Assembly (NCBI GenBank): GCA_004377135.1
Contig: SOHS01000160.1
Coordinates: forward strand, 1 to 34,150
DNA length: 34,150 nucleotides
Direction of reading: 5' to 3'
Source: Dehalococcoidia bacterium
GTDB taxonomy: Bacteria > Chloroflexota > Dehalococcoidia > GIF9 > AB-539-J10
Shown: positions 18,243 through 27,394 of the stretch, piece after piece
Numbering within the stretch: position 1 is the stretch's first letter
Layout of the letters: the number at the start of each line of letters is the position of its first letter
Made by a program: the position numbers and the translations under genes
The notes under the pieces: model-generated
The model's database searches: none
Seen by the model: the letters and a program-made list of their open reading frames with translations, nothing else
Told to the model about the DNA's origin: nothing

Positions 18243-21200
18243 TATGGAAAGCCATTGCACCATTTTTATTTGTCAGGGAACAGGATGCCTCTCCAGCAGC
18301 TCTGAAGCTGTCTATGATGCGCTTAAAGAAGAAATAAAACGGCAAAGGATAAGCTATGCCGAGGTGGATTTCACTGGTTGTCACGGCTTTTGCGAGCAGG
18401 GTCCTAATGTAGTCATTGAACCTGAAGGTATTTTCTATACCCATGTCCAGGCCGAGGATGCTCCAGAAATTGTCACTTCTCATCTTCGAGATGGCAAGCC
18501 TGTGGAACGCCTTTTCTACCATGATCCGGTAACTGGCGAAGCCATACCACGCTATTCAGAGATAAACTTCTACAAAAAGCAGCAGCGTGTCATTCTGCGA
18601 AATTGCGGGCAAATCAACCCGGAAAAAATTGAGCATTACATTGATCGTGGAGGTTATCAGGCGTTGAGAAAGGCTCTTCTAATAACTTCCGAGCAGGTTA
18701 TTGAGGAGATTAAGAAATCTGGCCTTCGCGGGCGAGGTGGCGCTGGTTTTCCCACCGGCCTCAAGTGGGAGTTTTGCCGTAATGCTCCCGGAGAAAAGAA
18801 ATACGTCATCTGCAATGCCGATGAAGGCGACCCCGGTGCTTTTATGGACCGCTCCATCCTGGAAGCAGATCCCCACGCTGTCGTTGAGGGGCTGACCATT
18901 GCTGGATATGCCATGGGTGCCAATGAGGGCTACATCTATGTCCGTGCTGAGTATCCCTTAGCAGTAAAGCGAGTTCACACTGCCTTAGAGCAAGCCCGAC
19001 AAAGGGGCTTTTTGGGTAAAGATATTCTCGGCTCAGGCTTTGATTTTGTGGTGCACATCAAAGAAGGCGCCGGGGCCTTTGTTTGTGGCGAGGAAACAGC
19101 TCTAATGGCTTCCATTGAGAGCCGACGGGGCATGCCTCGTCCCCGCCCCCCATTTCCCGCCCAATCAGGTCTGGAAGGAAAGCCTACTACTATCAATAAT
19201 GTAAAGAGTCTGGCTTCCATTCCCGTTATCATTGATCGAGGGGCTGATTGGTTCGCCGGCATAGGTACCGAAAAGAGCAAAGGGACGGCTGTCTTTGCCC
19301 TCACGGGGAAGATTGCCAACAGTGGGTTGGTGGAGGTACCTATGGGCACTCCCCTATCCACCATTATTTTTGATGTCGGGGGTGGTATCCCCCGGAGCAA
19401 GCAGTTTAAGGCGGTGCAGACGGGTGGTCCTTCAGGTGGCTGTATTCCTGCCCGGTTTCTCGATTCCCCCGTGGAATATGAAACACTGGCTCAATTAGGT
19501 TCGATTATGGGCTCTGGCGGTATGGTGGTGCTGGACGAGACCACCTGTATGGTAGAGATAGCCAGGTATTTCTTGAGCTTCACTCAATCTGAGTCCTGTG
19601 GGAAGTGTGTCCCTTGCCGCCTGGGAACCAGACAAATGCTAGAAATACTGACCAGAATCACTCAGGGCAAAGGACGTGAAGAGGATATGGATACTCTGCT
19701 TACCATAGCCAAGACAGTTAAGGAATGCTCGCTCTGTGGTCTGGGACAGACCTGTCCCAACCCCGTGCTCACCACCATTGAGTACTTCAGAGATGAATAT
19801 GAAACCCACATACAAGAAAAGAAATGCCCGGCTGCTGTCTGCGATGCCCTCATGATATCACCGTGTCAGCATACCTGTCCTGTAGGAATCAATGTTCCCA
19901 AATATGTGGCTCAAATTGCTGACTGTGAGTACCTGGAGGCTGTCAACACCATCAGGGAGCGTAATCCCTTCCCCGCTATTTGCGGCCGCATCTGCCATCA
20001 TCCCTGCGAGGGGAGATGCCGCCGCGGGGAACTCGACGACTCTGTAGCTATCAGGGCGCTTAAGCGCTTTGCCGCCGACTGGTATTTTGACCACATTGGG
20101 GAATTACCTGAACCAGAACCCTTTCCCCTGACTCACAGCCAAAAAGTAGCAGTAGTAGGAGCGGGACCTACAGGGCTGTCCTGCGCCTACTTTCTGGCTC
20201 AGATGGGCTATCCTGTCACGGTCTTCGAAGCCCTCCCCCTAGGCGGGGGCATGCTCTCGGTAGCTATACCTGACTTCCGCTTGCCGCGGGAGGTTATTGA
20301 AAAGGAGATAGATTATATCGCCAAGCGGGGAGTGGAGATAAAATACGACACGCCAATCAATGTAAATTTCACCATAGAAGATATCAAAGATAGTGGCTTT
20401 GAAGCTGTCTTTATTGCCGCTGGGGCTCAAAAGAGCCAGATTATTGGTATACCCGGAGAATTGGAGGACATTGAGGGCTTCTACTATGGTTTGAGATTTC
20501 TCAGAGATGTGAAGTTTGGTAAGTCTATTAAGATTGGACGCAGGGTAGCTGTTATCGGGGGTGGTAATGTAGCCCTTGACTCTTCGCGCACAGCTCTTCG
20601 CCTTGGTGCCGATGAGGTGAGTATCTTTTACCGTCGGTCGCGGGAAGAGATGCCGGTAACTGAGGTGGAGTATGATGAGACTCTGGCTGAAGGCGTCCAG
20701 GTTAATTTCCTCGTCAGCCCCACCCGCCTGGCAAGCGATGACTGGAAAGTGACCGGTTTACAGTGTGTCCACATGAAGCTGGGTGAGCCTGATGCCGGTG
20801 GACGCCGTCGCCCAATTCCTGTTCCTGGCTCAGAGTTTTTTGCTCCAGCGGATACCGTCATTGCTGCTGTGGGGCAGGCTCCAGACCTGTCGTTTTTACC
20901 CCCGGATAGTGCTCTTGAGCGTACTCGGTGGGAAACGCTGGCGGTTGATGAAAACAAATTAGCTACTAATGTTTCCGGGGTCTTTGCTGGGGGGGATTTT
21001 GTCTCCGGGCCGGGCATGGTTATAGAAGCTATTGCAGCTGGCCGGAGAGGGGCCATCGCCATAGACAAATATCTCCAGGGCGATACCTCACGGGTCGAGA
21101 TGTACGACCTGAAGCCCAGCGTCATTGAAGAAGAAGTAATTAGAGAGGAAGAAGAAAGCTGGGAACCACAATTCAGGCCGGAAACACCCCATCTCCCTCT

Positions 21201-21303
21201 CCAGGAGAGGAAAGGTAGCTTTAAAGAGATAGAACTGAGCCTTTCTGAGGAGAAGGCGAGACAGGAGGCTAAGCGTTGCTTAAGATGCGACTTGGAAAAG
21301 TAA
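18232..21303 (+). CDS. NuoF/HydB-like FMN/NADH subunit fused to GltD-like FAD/NADP(H) oxidoreductase
   Basis: CQGTGC/GCHGFC 2Fe-2S; GRGGAGFPTG, NADEGDPGAFM, GEETAL, GGPSGG, CGKCVPCR; then CQHTCP/CGRICHHPCE, GAGPTG, GGGNVALD, YRRS. Confidence 0.92.
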   Translation: MKSNMESHCTIFICQGTGCLSSSSEAVYDALKEEIKRQRISYAEVDFTGCHGFCEQGPNVVIEPEGIFYTHVQAEDAPEIVTSHLRDGKPVERLFYHDPVTGEAIPRYSEINFYKKQQRVILRNCGQINPEKIEHYIDRGGYQALRKALLITSEQVIEEIKKSGLRGRGGAGFPTGLKWEFCRNAPGEKKYVICNADEGDPGAFMDRSILEADPHAVVEGLTIAGYAMGANEGYIYVRAEYPLAVKRVHTALEQARQRGFLGKDILGSGFDFVVHIKEGAGAFVCGEETALMASIESRRGMPRPRPPFPAQSGLEGKPTTINNVKSLASIPVIIDRGADWFAGIGTEKSKGTAVFALTGKIANSGLVEVPMGTPLSTIIFDVGGGIPRSKQFKAVQTGGPSGGCIPARFLDSPVEYETLAQLGSIMGSGGMVVLDETTCMVEIARYFLSFTQSESCGKCVPCRLGTRQMLEILTRITQGKGREEDMDTLLTIAKTVKECSLCGLGQTCPNPVLTTIEYFRDEYETHIQEKKCPAAVCDALMISPCQHTCPVGINVPKYVAQIADCEYLEAVNTIRERNPFPAICGRICHHPCEGRCRRGELDDSVAIRALKRFAADWYFDHIGELPEPEPFPLTHSQKVAVVGAGPTGLSCAYFLAQMGYPVTVFEALPLGGGMLSVAIPDFRLPREVIEKEIDYIAKRGVEIKYDTPINVNFTIEDIKDSGFEAVFIAAGAQKSQIIGIPGELEDIEGFYYGLRFLRDVKFGKSIKIGRRVAVIGGGNVALDSSRTALRLGADEVSIFYRRSREEMPVTEVEYDETLAEGVQVNFLVSPTRLASDDWKVTGLQCVHMKLGEPDAGGRRRPIPVPGSEFFAPADTVIAAVGQAPDLSFLPPDSALERTRWETLAVDENKLATNVSGVFAGGDFVSGPGMVIEAIAAGRRGAIAIDKYLQGDTSRVEMYDLKPSVIEEEVIREEEESWEPQFRPETPHLPLQERKGSFKEIELSLSEEKARQEAKRCLRCDLEK

Positions 21304-21322
21304 AAATAAGCGTTTACCAGAT

Positions 21323-21398
21323 GTCATTGCGAGGAGCGTTAGCGACGAAGCAATCTCGACGGTTGATGCTTAGATTGCTTCGCCTCGCTCGCAATGAC
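21323..21398. repeat. REP/RPE-like nested palindromic element
   Basis: GTCATTGCGAG...CGAAGCAATCT-loop-AGATTGCTTCG...CTCGCAATGAC. Confidence 0.8.
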
Positions 21399-21439
21399 TT
21401 AGAATTTCGAGTTTGTATTTTTGACGTGGGAGGTCAGGC

Positions 21440-22084
21440 ATGAAATCTATTACTAAACAAAAGACTTTTGAGGAAATCGAACAGCAGTTAGACGGGTTTG
21501 ACCGGGTGTATATTGCTGGTTGTGGCACATGCGCCACAATGACTAAAACTGGTGGGCGGGAAGAGGTCTTGGAAATGAGGGAGCGTCTACAAGAACTGGG
21601 CAAGTTAGTCACCGGCTGGATAGTTATCCCTACCGCCTGTGATGAGATGACCGAAGTAGCTGTTAAAGAAAATAATGGAGCCATTCAGAATGCCAAATGT
21701 ATTCTGGTCATGTCCTGTGCTTTAGGAGTGCATAAGCTGAGTACCTATATTGACAAGCCGGTCATTCCAGCCCTGGATACTCTTTTCATAGGCGTCGAGG
21801 ATGGTCCGGGCTGTTTTCAAGAGGTTTGTGCCCAGTGTGGTCAGTGCGTCCTGGGAGAGACTGCTGGCATCTGTCCCCTGACGGCATGTCACAAAGGTTT
21901 GCTGAACGGCCCATGTGGTGGCACCGACAATGGTAAGTGCGAGGTGGATAAGGAAAAGGATTGTGGCTGGACTCTCATATATCAACGACTAAAAGAACAG
22001 GGCCGGCTTGATTTGATGCGTAAGTATCATTCCCCCAGAGATTGCAACGTGGCACCCAGGCCGCGAACGGCCAGGATTACATGA
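21440..22084 (+). CDS. metV: Methylenetetrahydrofolate reductase accessory Fe-S/Zn subunit
   Basis: GCGTCATMTKTGG and CAQCGQC...CPLTACHKGLLNGPCGG...CEV...CGW (MTHFR_C); directly upstream of metF. Confidence 0.9.
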   Translation: MKSITKQKTFEEIEQQLDGFDRVYIAGCGTCATMTKTGGREEVLEMRERLQELGKLVTGWIVIPTACDEMTEVAVKENNGAIQNAKCILVMSCALGVHKLSTYIDKPVIPALDTLFIGVEDGPGCFQEVCAQCGQCVLGETAGICPLTACHKGLLNGPCGGTDNGKCEVDKEKDCGWTLIYQRLKEQGRLDLMRKYHSPRDCNVAPRPRTARIT

Positions 22085-22094
22085 AGGAGGAGCT

Positions 22095-22985
22095 ATGGCA
22101 CCGAGTTTTAGGGAAGTTCTCAAATCTGATAAATTTATAATAACCAGCGAAATCGGTCCACCAAAGGGGACGAACATTGAGAAGATGCTCCACCATATTG
22201 ACCTTCTCAAGGATAAAGTAGATGCGCTGAACGTCACTGACCACCAGAGTTCCGTAATGCGCTTTCCCTCCATTGGTGGCTGCCTGGCCATCAAGGAGAA
22301 AGGTGGCGAGCCTATATTACAGGTGACCTGCCGCGACCGTAATCGCCTTTCCCTTCAAGCCGAGCTTCTCTTCGCATACACCAGAGGCATAAGAAATGTC
22401 CTCTGCCTAACTGGAGATGCTGTTTTAGTTGGCGACCATAAGGAGGCCAAGGGCGTTTTCGACCTGGATTCAGCACAGTTGCTGAAGACAATTCGACAGA
22501 TGGAAGCGGGCAAAGACCTGGGAGGGAATGAACTCGACGGGGCTGTGGAGTTCTGTGCCGGAGCCATAGTCACACCTGAAGCAAACCCGATTGAGCCTCA
22601 GTTAATCAAGTTTGAAAAGAAGATTGAAGCCGGTGCCGAATTCTTTCAGACGCAAGCCATCTATGACCTGGACAAATTTGCTAAGTTTATGGAATATGCC
22701 CGCCAATTCCCGGTCAAGATATTAGCTGGCATTATTCTGCTTGTGTCAGCCAGGATGGCGAAATATATGACCGAAAATGTCCCGGGCGTCTCTGTGCCCC
22801 AGAACTTGATTGACGAGTTAGCGGCTGCCCCCAAAGGCGAGGCAATCAATAAAGGTATAGAAATCGCGGGCCGGATGATTACCACTCTGGAAAAAGAATC
22901 AATATGCGATGGAGTCCATGTCATGGCTATAGGCCGGGAAGAGGTGGTGCCGGATATCCTGAAAGCGGCTGGACTCGCTACCTAG
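22095..22985 (+). CDS. metF: 5,10-methylenetetrahydrofolate reductase
   Basis: EIGPPKG, NVTD, TCRDRNR, LCLTGD, KKIEAGAEFFQTQ. Confidence 0.95.
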   Translation: MAPSFREVLKSDKFIITSEIGPPKGTNIEKMLHHIDLLKDKVDALNVTDHQSSVMRFPSIGGCLAIKEKGGEPILQVTCRDRNRLSLQAELLFAYTRGIRNVLCLTGDAVLVGDHKEAKGVFDLDSAQLLKTIRQMEAGKDLGGNELDGAVEFCAGAIVTPEANPIEPQLIKFEKKIEAGAEFFQTQAIYDLDKFAKFMEYARQFPVKILAGIILLVSARMAKYMTENVPGVSVPQNLIDELAAAPKGEAINKGIEIAGRMITTLEKESICDGVHVMAIGREEVVPDILKAAGLAT

Positions 22986-23032
22986 TACCCCATGTAGCTA
23001 GTAGAAAAGGCAGAGACCGCTTGCCTCCTTTC
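22984..23032. repeat. Dispersed hairpin-containing repeat, copy 1
   Basis: AGTACCCCATGTAGCTAGTAGAAAAGGCAGAGACCGCTTGCCTCCTTTC; overlaps the metF stop. Confidence 0.9.
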
Positions 23033-23232
23033 AACCTCCAATATTATTTCTCTATCTTATATCTTGTCAATACTTAATTATGTTAATACTAATCCGGAAA
23101 AACGCTTGGCAATGTGCGGGGGGTGATACAGTATAAATTAAGATTTTGAGCAACTAAATTATTACTAGTGCATTATATTTATTGAGGTATGCTTAGTTTT
23201 TCCATTGGCTAATATGGATTTAAGCGAAGAAT

Positions 23233-23895
23233 ATGAGGCTGAAGATAAAGGATAAGATATCGAAGCTTTGGACTTCTCTACTTGTTCCTCTGCCTATATT
23301 GTTCATCCAAGTAATTCCTTCATTTATATATAGAGGTATCATGTTACTCCCCGTGCTCTCATATTTTACCCGGCCCTTCGATGAGCGTTTCTATGAGGAC
23401 TTAGGCTTGTTATTTCGCACTCCCTCTCATATACCTGGCTGGGCAATCGCCAGTTTTGGTTTCCTTCTCTTTATTATCGCTTTGACGAGCATGCTTAAGA
23501 AAAGAGGTGGGCTCCTGACTTCAGGCCTATACGGAAAGGTCAGGCACCCTCAATATCTCGGCTTTATCGTGATGACATGGGGAATCTCTGCAGTTTCAGT
23601 CATCTGGGAATTCCAGAGACCCTGGTTAGGCCTCTCGTCGGGAGTCTTCGGCTATTTTTCCCATCATTGGGTTGTGGTGTCGTTAGCATATGTAGCGCTT
23701 GCATTTCTTGAAGAAAGGTATTTGTTGAAAAAGCACCCTCAAGAATACAAGGAATATAAAGAAAAGGTGCCTTTCCTATTCCCTGTACCTCATCCAAAGA
23801 AAATCCCCCAACCGATTTTTGATTTGGGTATCATAATCTTATTTTCTTTCGTTCTACAAGAAATCTATCCTCGAATTATTCAAATTCTCATTTGA
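23233..23895 (+). CDS. Isoprenylcysteine carboxyl methyltransferase (ICMT/PEMT) family membrane protein
   Basis: LLTSGLYGKVRHPQYLG, EERYL, YKEYKEKVP motifs; several TM helices. Confidence 0.85.
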   Translation: MRLKIKDKISKLWTSLLVPLPILFIQVIPSFIYRGIMLLPVLSYFTRPFDERFYEDLGLLFRTPSHIPGWAIASFGFLLFIIALTSMLKKRGGLLTSGLYGKVRHPQYLGFIVMTWGISAVSVIWEFQRPWLGLSSGVFGYFSHHWVVVSLAYVALAFLEERYLLKKHPQEYKEYKEKVPFLFPVPHPKKIPQPIFDLGIIILFSFVLQEIYPRIIQILI

Positions 23896-23945
23896 TGATT
23901 CAGTATTTGAGCGGAGTGGTTTTATAAAAATTCTGCTCTTCGACC

Positions 23946-23995
23946 AGTACCCCATGTAGCTAGTAGAAAAGGCGGAGGCCGCTTGCCTCCTTTTC
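23946..23995. repeat. Dispersed hairpin-containing repeat, copy 2
   Basis: AGTACCCCATGTAGCTAGTAGAAAAGGCGGAGGCCGCTTGCCTCCTTTTC. Confidence 0.9.
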
Positions 23996-24072
23996 AGATC
24001 CTAATAGCGTTTCCCACCCTCGTATTAAGGGGGGAGTTGGTCTCTCGAAAGACGGACTTTATCGCTTTTGAA

Positions 24073-24369
24073 CTAGGTTGCTCTCCTAGCTTTCAGAGAA
24101 ATATCCAAACCCAGCGCCTCCGTTGCCCTTAAAAGAGTGCTGAGTGTGGTATTATAGTCGCCTTTTTCCAGTCTGGATATGGCAGGCTGTCTTGTCCCGA
24201 TTCTCCTGGCAAGCTCCGTCTGGCTCATTCCCAGTTTGCTCCTGCGCGCTATCAGGATTCTTACCATATCGTATTTGGGCTTCAAAGCCTCATATTCCTT
24301 TCGGATTTCAGGCTTTTTGAGAAGCTCTGCCTCAAATTCGTCATAGTTCGTAGCTTTTTTATTTACCAT
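24073..24369 (-). CDS. XRE-family HTH protein, HigA-like antitoxin (no adjacent toxin)
   Basis: EYEAL...MSQTELARRIGTRQPAISRLEKG...TLSTLLRATEALG. Confidence 0.85.
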   Translation of the reverse strand: MVNKKATNYDEFEAELLKKPEIRKEYEALKPKYDMVRILIARRSKLGMSQTELARRIGTRQPAISRLEKGDYNTTLSTLLRATEALGLDISLKARRAT

Positions 24370-24401
24370 TCTTTACCCACCTAAAATACTTATTACAATC
24401 T

Positions 24402-24430
24402 ATAATATAACATATAAGTTATAATGTCAA
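24402..24430 (-). promoter_or_regulatory. Promoter TTGACA-N17-TATTAT with internal operator palindrome TATAAC-N6-GTTATA
   Basis: -35 at 24430-24425, -10 at 24407-24402, inverted repeat at 24406-24423. Confidence 0.7.
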
Positions 24431-24440
24431 TACCCTGTCA

Positions 24441-24500
24441 GAATTCCAGGGACACCATACCAATTAGGCCTACTACAAATTAGGATTATGTACCCAGAAT
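24441..24500. repeat. Imperfect palindrome resembling REP ends of RAYT-type elements
   Basis: GAATTCCAGGGACACCATACCAATT ... AATTAGGATTATGTACCCAGAAT. Confidence 0.4.
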
Positions 24501-24580
24501 ACCAAAGGATATGTTAAGATGGGCGAAGTGGACCTCCCACTGTGGCGTGATTTCAGCAACATCTTGCTCGAGGAATAATT

Positions 24581-25264
24581 ATGTCTCTAACAAGATTCAT
24601 CAAGGATGTACTGAGGAAGCCTGAAGCAATCCCAACCCCTGGTGCCATATTCTACAATGCGACAGTGGCAAAAGTTCTTCGAAAGCCTGAAACAAAGATA
24701 GCTAATGACATAGTGGAAAAGATGGGAAACGGGACTATTCTTGATTTAGGTTCGGGAACAGGCTATTTGTCAATAGAGATTGCAAAGAGGTCACCCGGCC
24801 TGCAGGTCTATGGCATCGATCTCAGCAGGCAAATGGTCAAGATTGCAAGACGCCATGCAAAAGGCGTTGATAATGCTCGATTCGTGTTTGGCAACGCGGC
24901 CAAACTCCCTTTCAAGGATGATTCGATAGACCTTGTGATTAGTACGGGCGCTTCGCACCATTGGAAGACACCACGCATGGTGTTTGATGAATGCTATCGT
25001 GTTCTAAAAACCGGCAAGGAAGCCTGGATATACGATGGGTGTCCTGAGGTTTTCAACAATCGGGCTGATAGAAGAAAACTGAACGAGAAATATGGGTTCC
25101 TGGTTGGCCGACTCGGGCACAGAGTCTCTACACTACATGGTTTCACCAGGGAAGAATACCAGACCATGATTAAGGACATGCTGGAGCAAACGGCATTCAA
25201 AGGCAGCTACCAGATGGCGCTAACAGATATCTGGATGAAGATTACGCTTAGGAAACGGAAGTGA
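24581..25264 (+). CDS. Class I SAM-dependent methyltransferase (UbiE-like)
   Basis: ILDLGSGTG, GIDLS, LPFKDDSIDLVIS, YRVLKTG. Confidence 0.9.
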   Translation: MSLTRFIKDVLRKPEAIPTPGAIFYNATVAKVLRKPETKIANDIVEKMGNGTILDLGSGTGYLSIEIAKRSPGLQVYGIDLSRQMVKIARRHAKGVDNARFVFGNAAKLPFKDDSIDLVISTGASHHWKTPRMVFDECYRVLKTGKEAWIYDGCPEVFNNRADRRKLNEKYGFLVGRLGHRVSTLHGFTREEYQTMIKDMLEQTAFKGSYQMALTDIWMKITLRKRK

Positions 25265-25391
25265 GCACGTTTGCTGTCTCACAACTTTTAATTATCTAAT
25301 CAAGCCTGTTGAGCCTGATAACCTAGAGAGACTAATCCGAGAGACTCTCCTTAAACTCAAAGGTAGGCATTAGAAGAGCGAGGGCTTAATT

Positions 25392-27242
25392 TTATTCCGA
25401 GGGATTATAGGGGCACATCCCGGTTACTCGATATACCTCAATAGGTGCTGACTTCCCCTTAAGCCTCTGTGCCTCGAGTTTCTCGGCCTCTATACAATCC
25501 TTTGTTTGATTGTACGTGTCAGCACCGATCCAGACTTCACCACCGGGAGCGCTGCTACAAATGCGTGAAGCAACGTTAACAGAATCTCCGATGACGGTAT
25601 ATTCAGTGCGTCCAACCGAGCCTATATTGCCGGCTAAGGCTATACCAGTGTTAATGCCAATGCCGAATTGCACCAGGATTCGCTGGTTATCGCTTTGCTG
25701 CAATTCAGCAATTTTTTGCTGTGCTTCCCACGCTGCCTGCACTGCCGACAATGCGTGCTCTGGTTGAGATTGCGGCGCGTTCCATACAGCCATGATGTTA
25801 TCACCGCCAAACTTGTTAACTATACCATCGTGCTGTACTACTGCATCGGTTACAGCTGATAAGTAAGTATTGAGCATTTCCACTACAGCTTCAGGGGGCA
25901 ACTGCTCACTTATCCGGGTAAAGTTACGGATATCAGCAAAGAGAACACTTACCTCCCTTTGCTCGCCCCCGAGGTGAAGTTCCCCAATATCAGCCCGGTT
26001 AACTATCTCCCTGGCTATTTGGGGCGAAATATATCGACCAAAAAGCTCTTTAACAAACCGTTTATCCGACTGCTCACTAACAACCATATAAACAACATTA
26101 CCGACATAGAGTACTGGAAGTAGCAACAGGGGATAAAATAGACACAGGATATATCCTCGGTCGAAAGCAAAGAAGCCGACTATCAGGTAAGCAACAAATA
26201 GGCCTACCGTTATTCCCGCTCCTTTAGCTATATCGGTCCAGTACCAGGTCCCGCAACGGGGCAAGGCAAAGGCAGTGATGCCAATTAGCAGCAGCATAAT
26301 CATTAATGTGACGATGGGGCCAGGCTCTGTTAAGAAGCGCTCTGTGAGGATGGTATCCATGGCACCAGCGTGTATAAAAACTCCGGGAACATTGCTGACT
26401 GAAGTGGGGATTGCCCAGGTGTCAGGTTCACCAGTAGCGGTCATCCCGATCAATACTATCTTGTTGTTGACTAGCGACGGGTCAAAGTCGCCACTGATAA
26501 TATCGCCATAGGGGACATAGGGTCGTTGTCTAAAGTCGGCGGAAAAGTTGATGCGTATACAGTACGAGGCATCAACTGGAATATCACGAGCCAACAAGTT
26601 AACCGTGCCATTTTCTAGCAGATATTCCTGCGGTAAAGTCATGGAGAAATGCCTGTAGAGTGCAGCCAGTGTCAATGAGGGATAGACCTGTCCTGAGCTT
26701 GACTTAACAATCAACGGTAGTCGCCTTACTGTGCCATCGCCATCGGGAATCACATTAGCGTGCCCAATATTACTGGCAGCCTGTTCTAGAGAAGCTATCG
26801 GCAGCAGGAAATTATCATAGGTAATCTCAGCTCTAGCCCGGGTGACAAGTTGGGTGCCAACGGCGGCCAGGACAACACTGTCCGCTTCGACCATTGCTGT
26901 CGCCAGCAATTCATCATCGGAGGAACTATCAACGAAGATGACATCAAAGCCGATTACTTTGGCTCCAGCTTGGCTTAAGTTATCGATGGCTTGGGCATGG
27001 AGACTGCGTGGCCACTCTGCCCACCGTCCATAAGTGTCAAGGGTATTGTCATCGATACCAGCGATAACAATATTAAGAGAAGGGGGTTGAGATGTGAAAA
27101 GCTGGTCTGACAACCACAGATTGATGCTATAGAATGGTTGGACCAGTAAAGCCACAAGCACAAAGAGGCAGCCCACCCCTATGATTACTAAAGTATGATA
27201 AAGGCGCTTACGTTGGCGCCTAGTTCTTCTACGCTTGGACAA
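25392..27242 (-). CDS. CHASE2-domain membrane class III adenylate cyclase
   Basis: N-terminal TM, CHASE2 (WPRSLHA, FDVIF, DGDGTVRR, PGVFIHA), 3 TM, FADIRNFT, KFGGD, YTVIGDSVNVASR (K/T adenine-specifying residues, N/R catalytic residues). Confidence 0.93.
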   Translation of the reverse strand: MSKRRRTRRQRKRLYHTLVIIGVGCLFVLVALLVQPFYSINLWLSDQLFTSQPPSLNIVIAGIDDNTLDTYGRWAEWPRSLHAQAIDNLSQAGAKVIGFDVIFVDSSSDDELLATAMVEADSVVLAAVGTQLVTRARAEITYDNFLLPIASLEQAASNIGHANVIPDGDGTVRRLPLIVKSSSGQVYPSLTLAALYRHFSMTLPQEYLLENGTVNLLARDIPVDASYCIRINFSADFRQRPYVPYGDIISGDFDPSLVNNKIVLIGMTATGEPDTWAIPTSVSNVPGVFIHAGAMDTILTERFLTEPGPIVTLMIMLLLIGITAFALPRCGTWYWTDIAKGAGITVGLFVAYLIVGFFAFDRGYILCLFYPLLLLPVLYVGNVVYMVVSEQSDKRFVKELFGRYISPQIAREIVNRADIGELHLGGEQREVSVLFADIRNFTRISEQLPPEAVVEMLNTYLSAVTDAVVQHDGIVNKFGGDNIMAVWNAPQSQPEHALSAVQAAWEAQQKIAELQQSDNQRILVQFGIGINTGIALAGNIGSVGRTEYTVIGDSVNVASRICSSAPGGEVWIGADTYNQTKDCIEAEKLEAQRLKGKSAPIEVYRVTGMCPYNPSE

Positions 27243-27394
27243 CGGATTGACTGTAATCTTGATTCGCCTCTAAGTATCTGTTTTTCGTCGCCGGCTTCTA
27301 ATACGATCTCGCCATCATGATATACTGCTCTTATCTTGGTACAACCAAGCTAGAAAATGTATTGATAATAGCCTGGCAATCCAGCTAACCCCTT

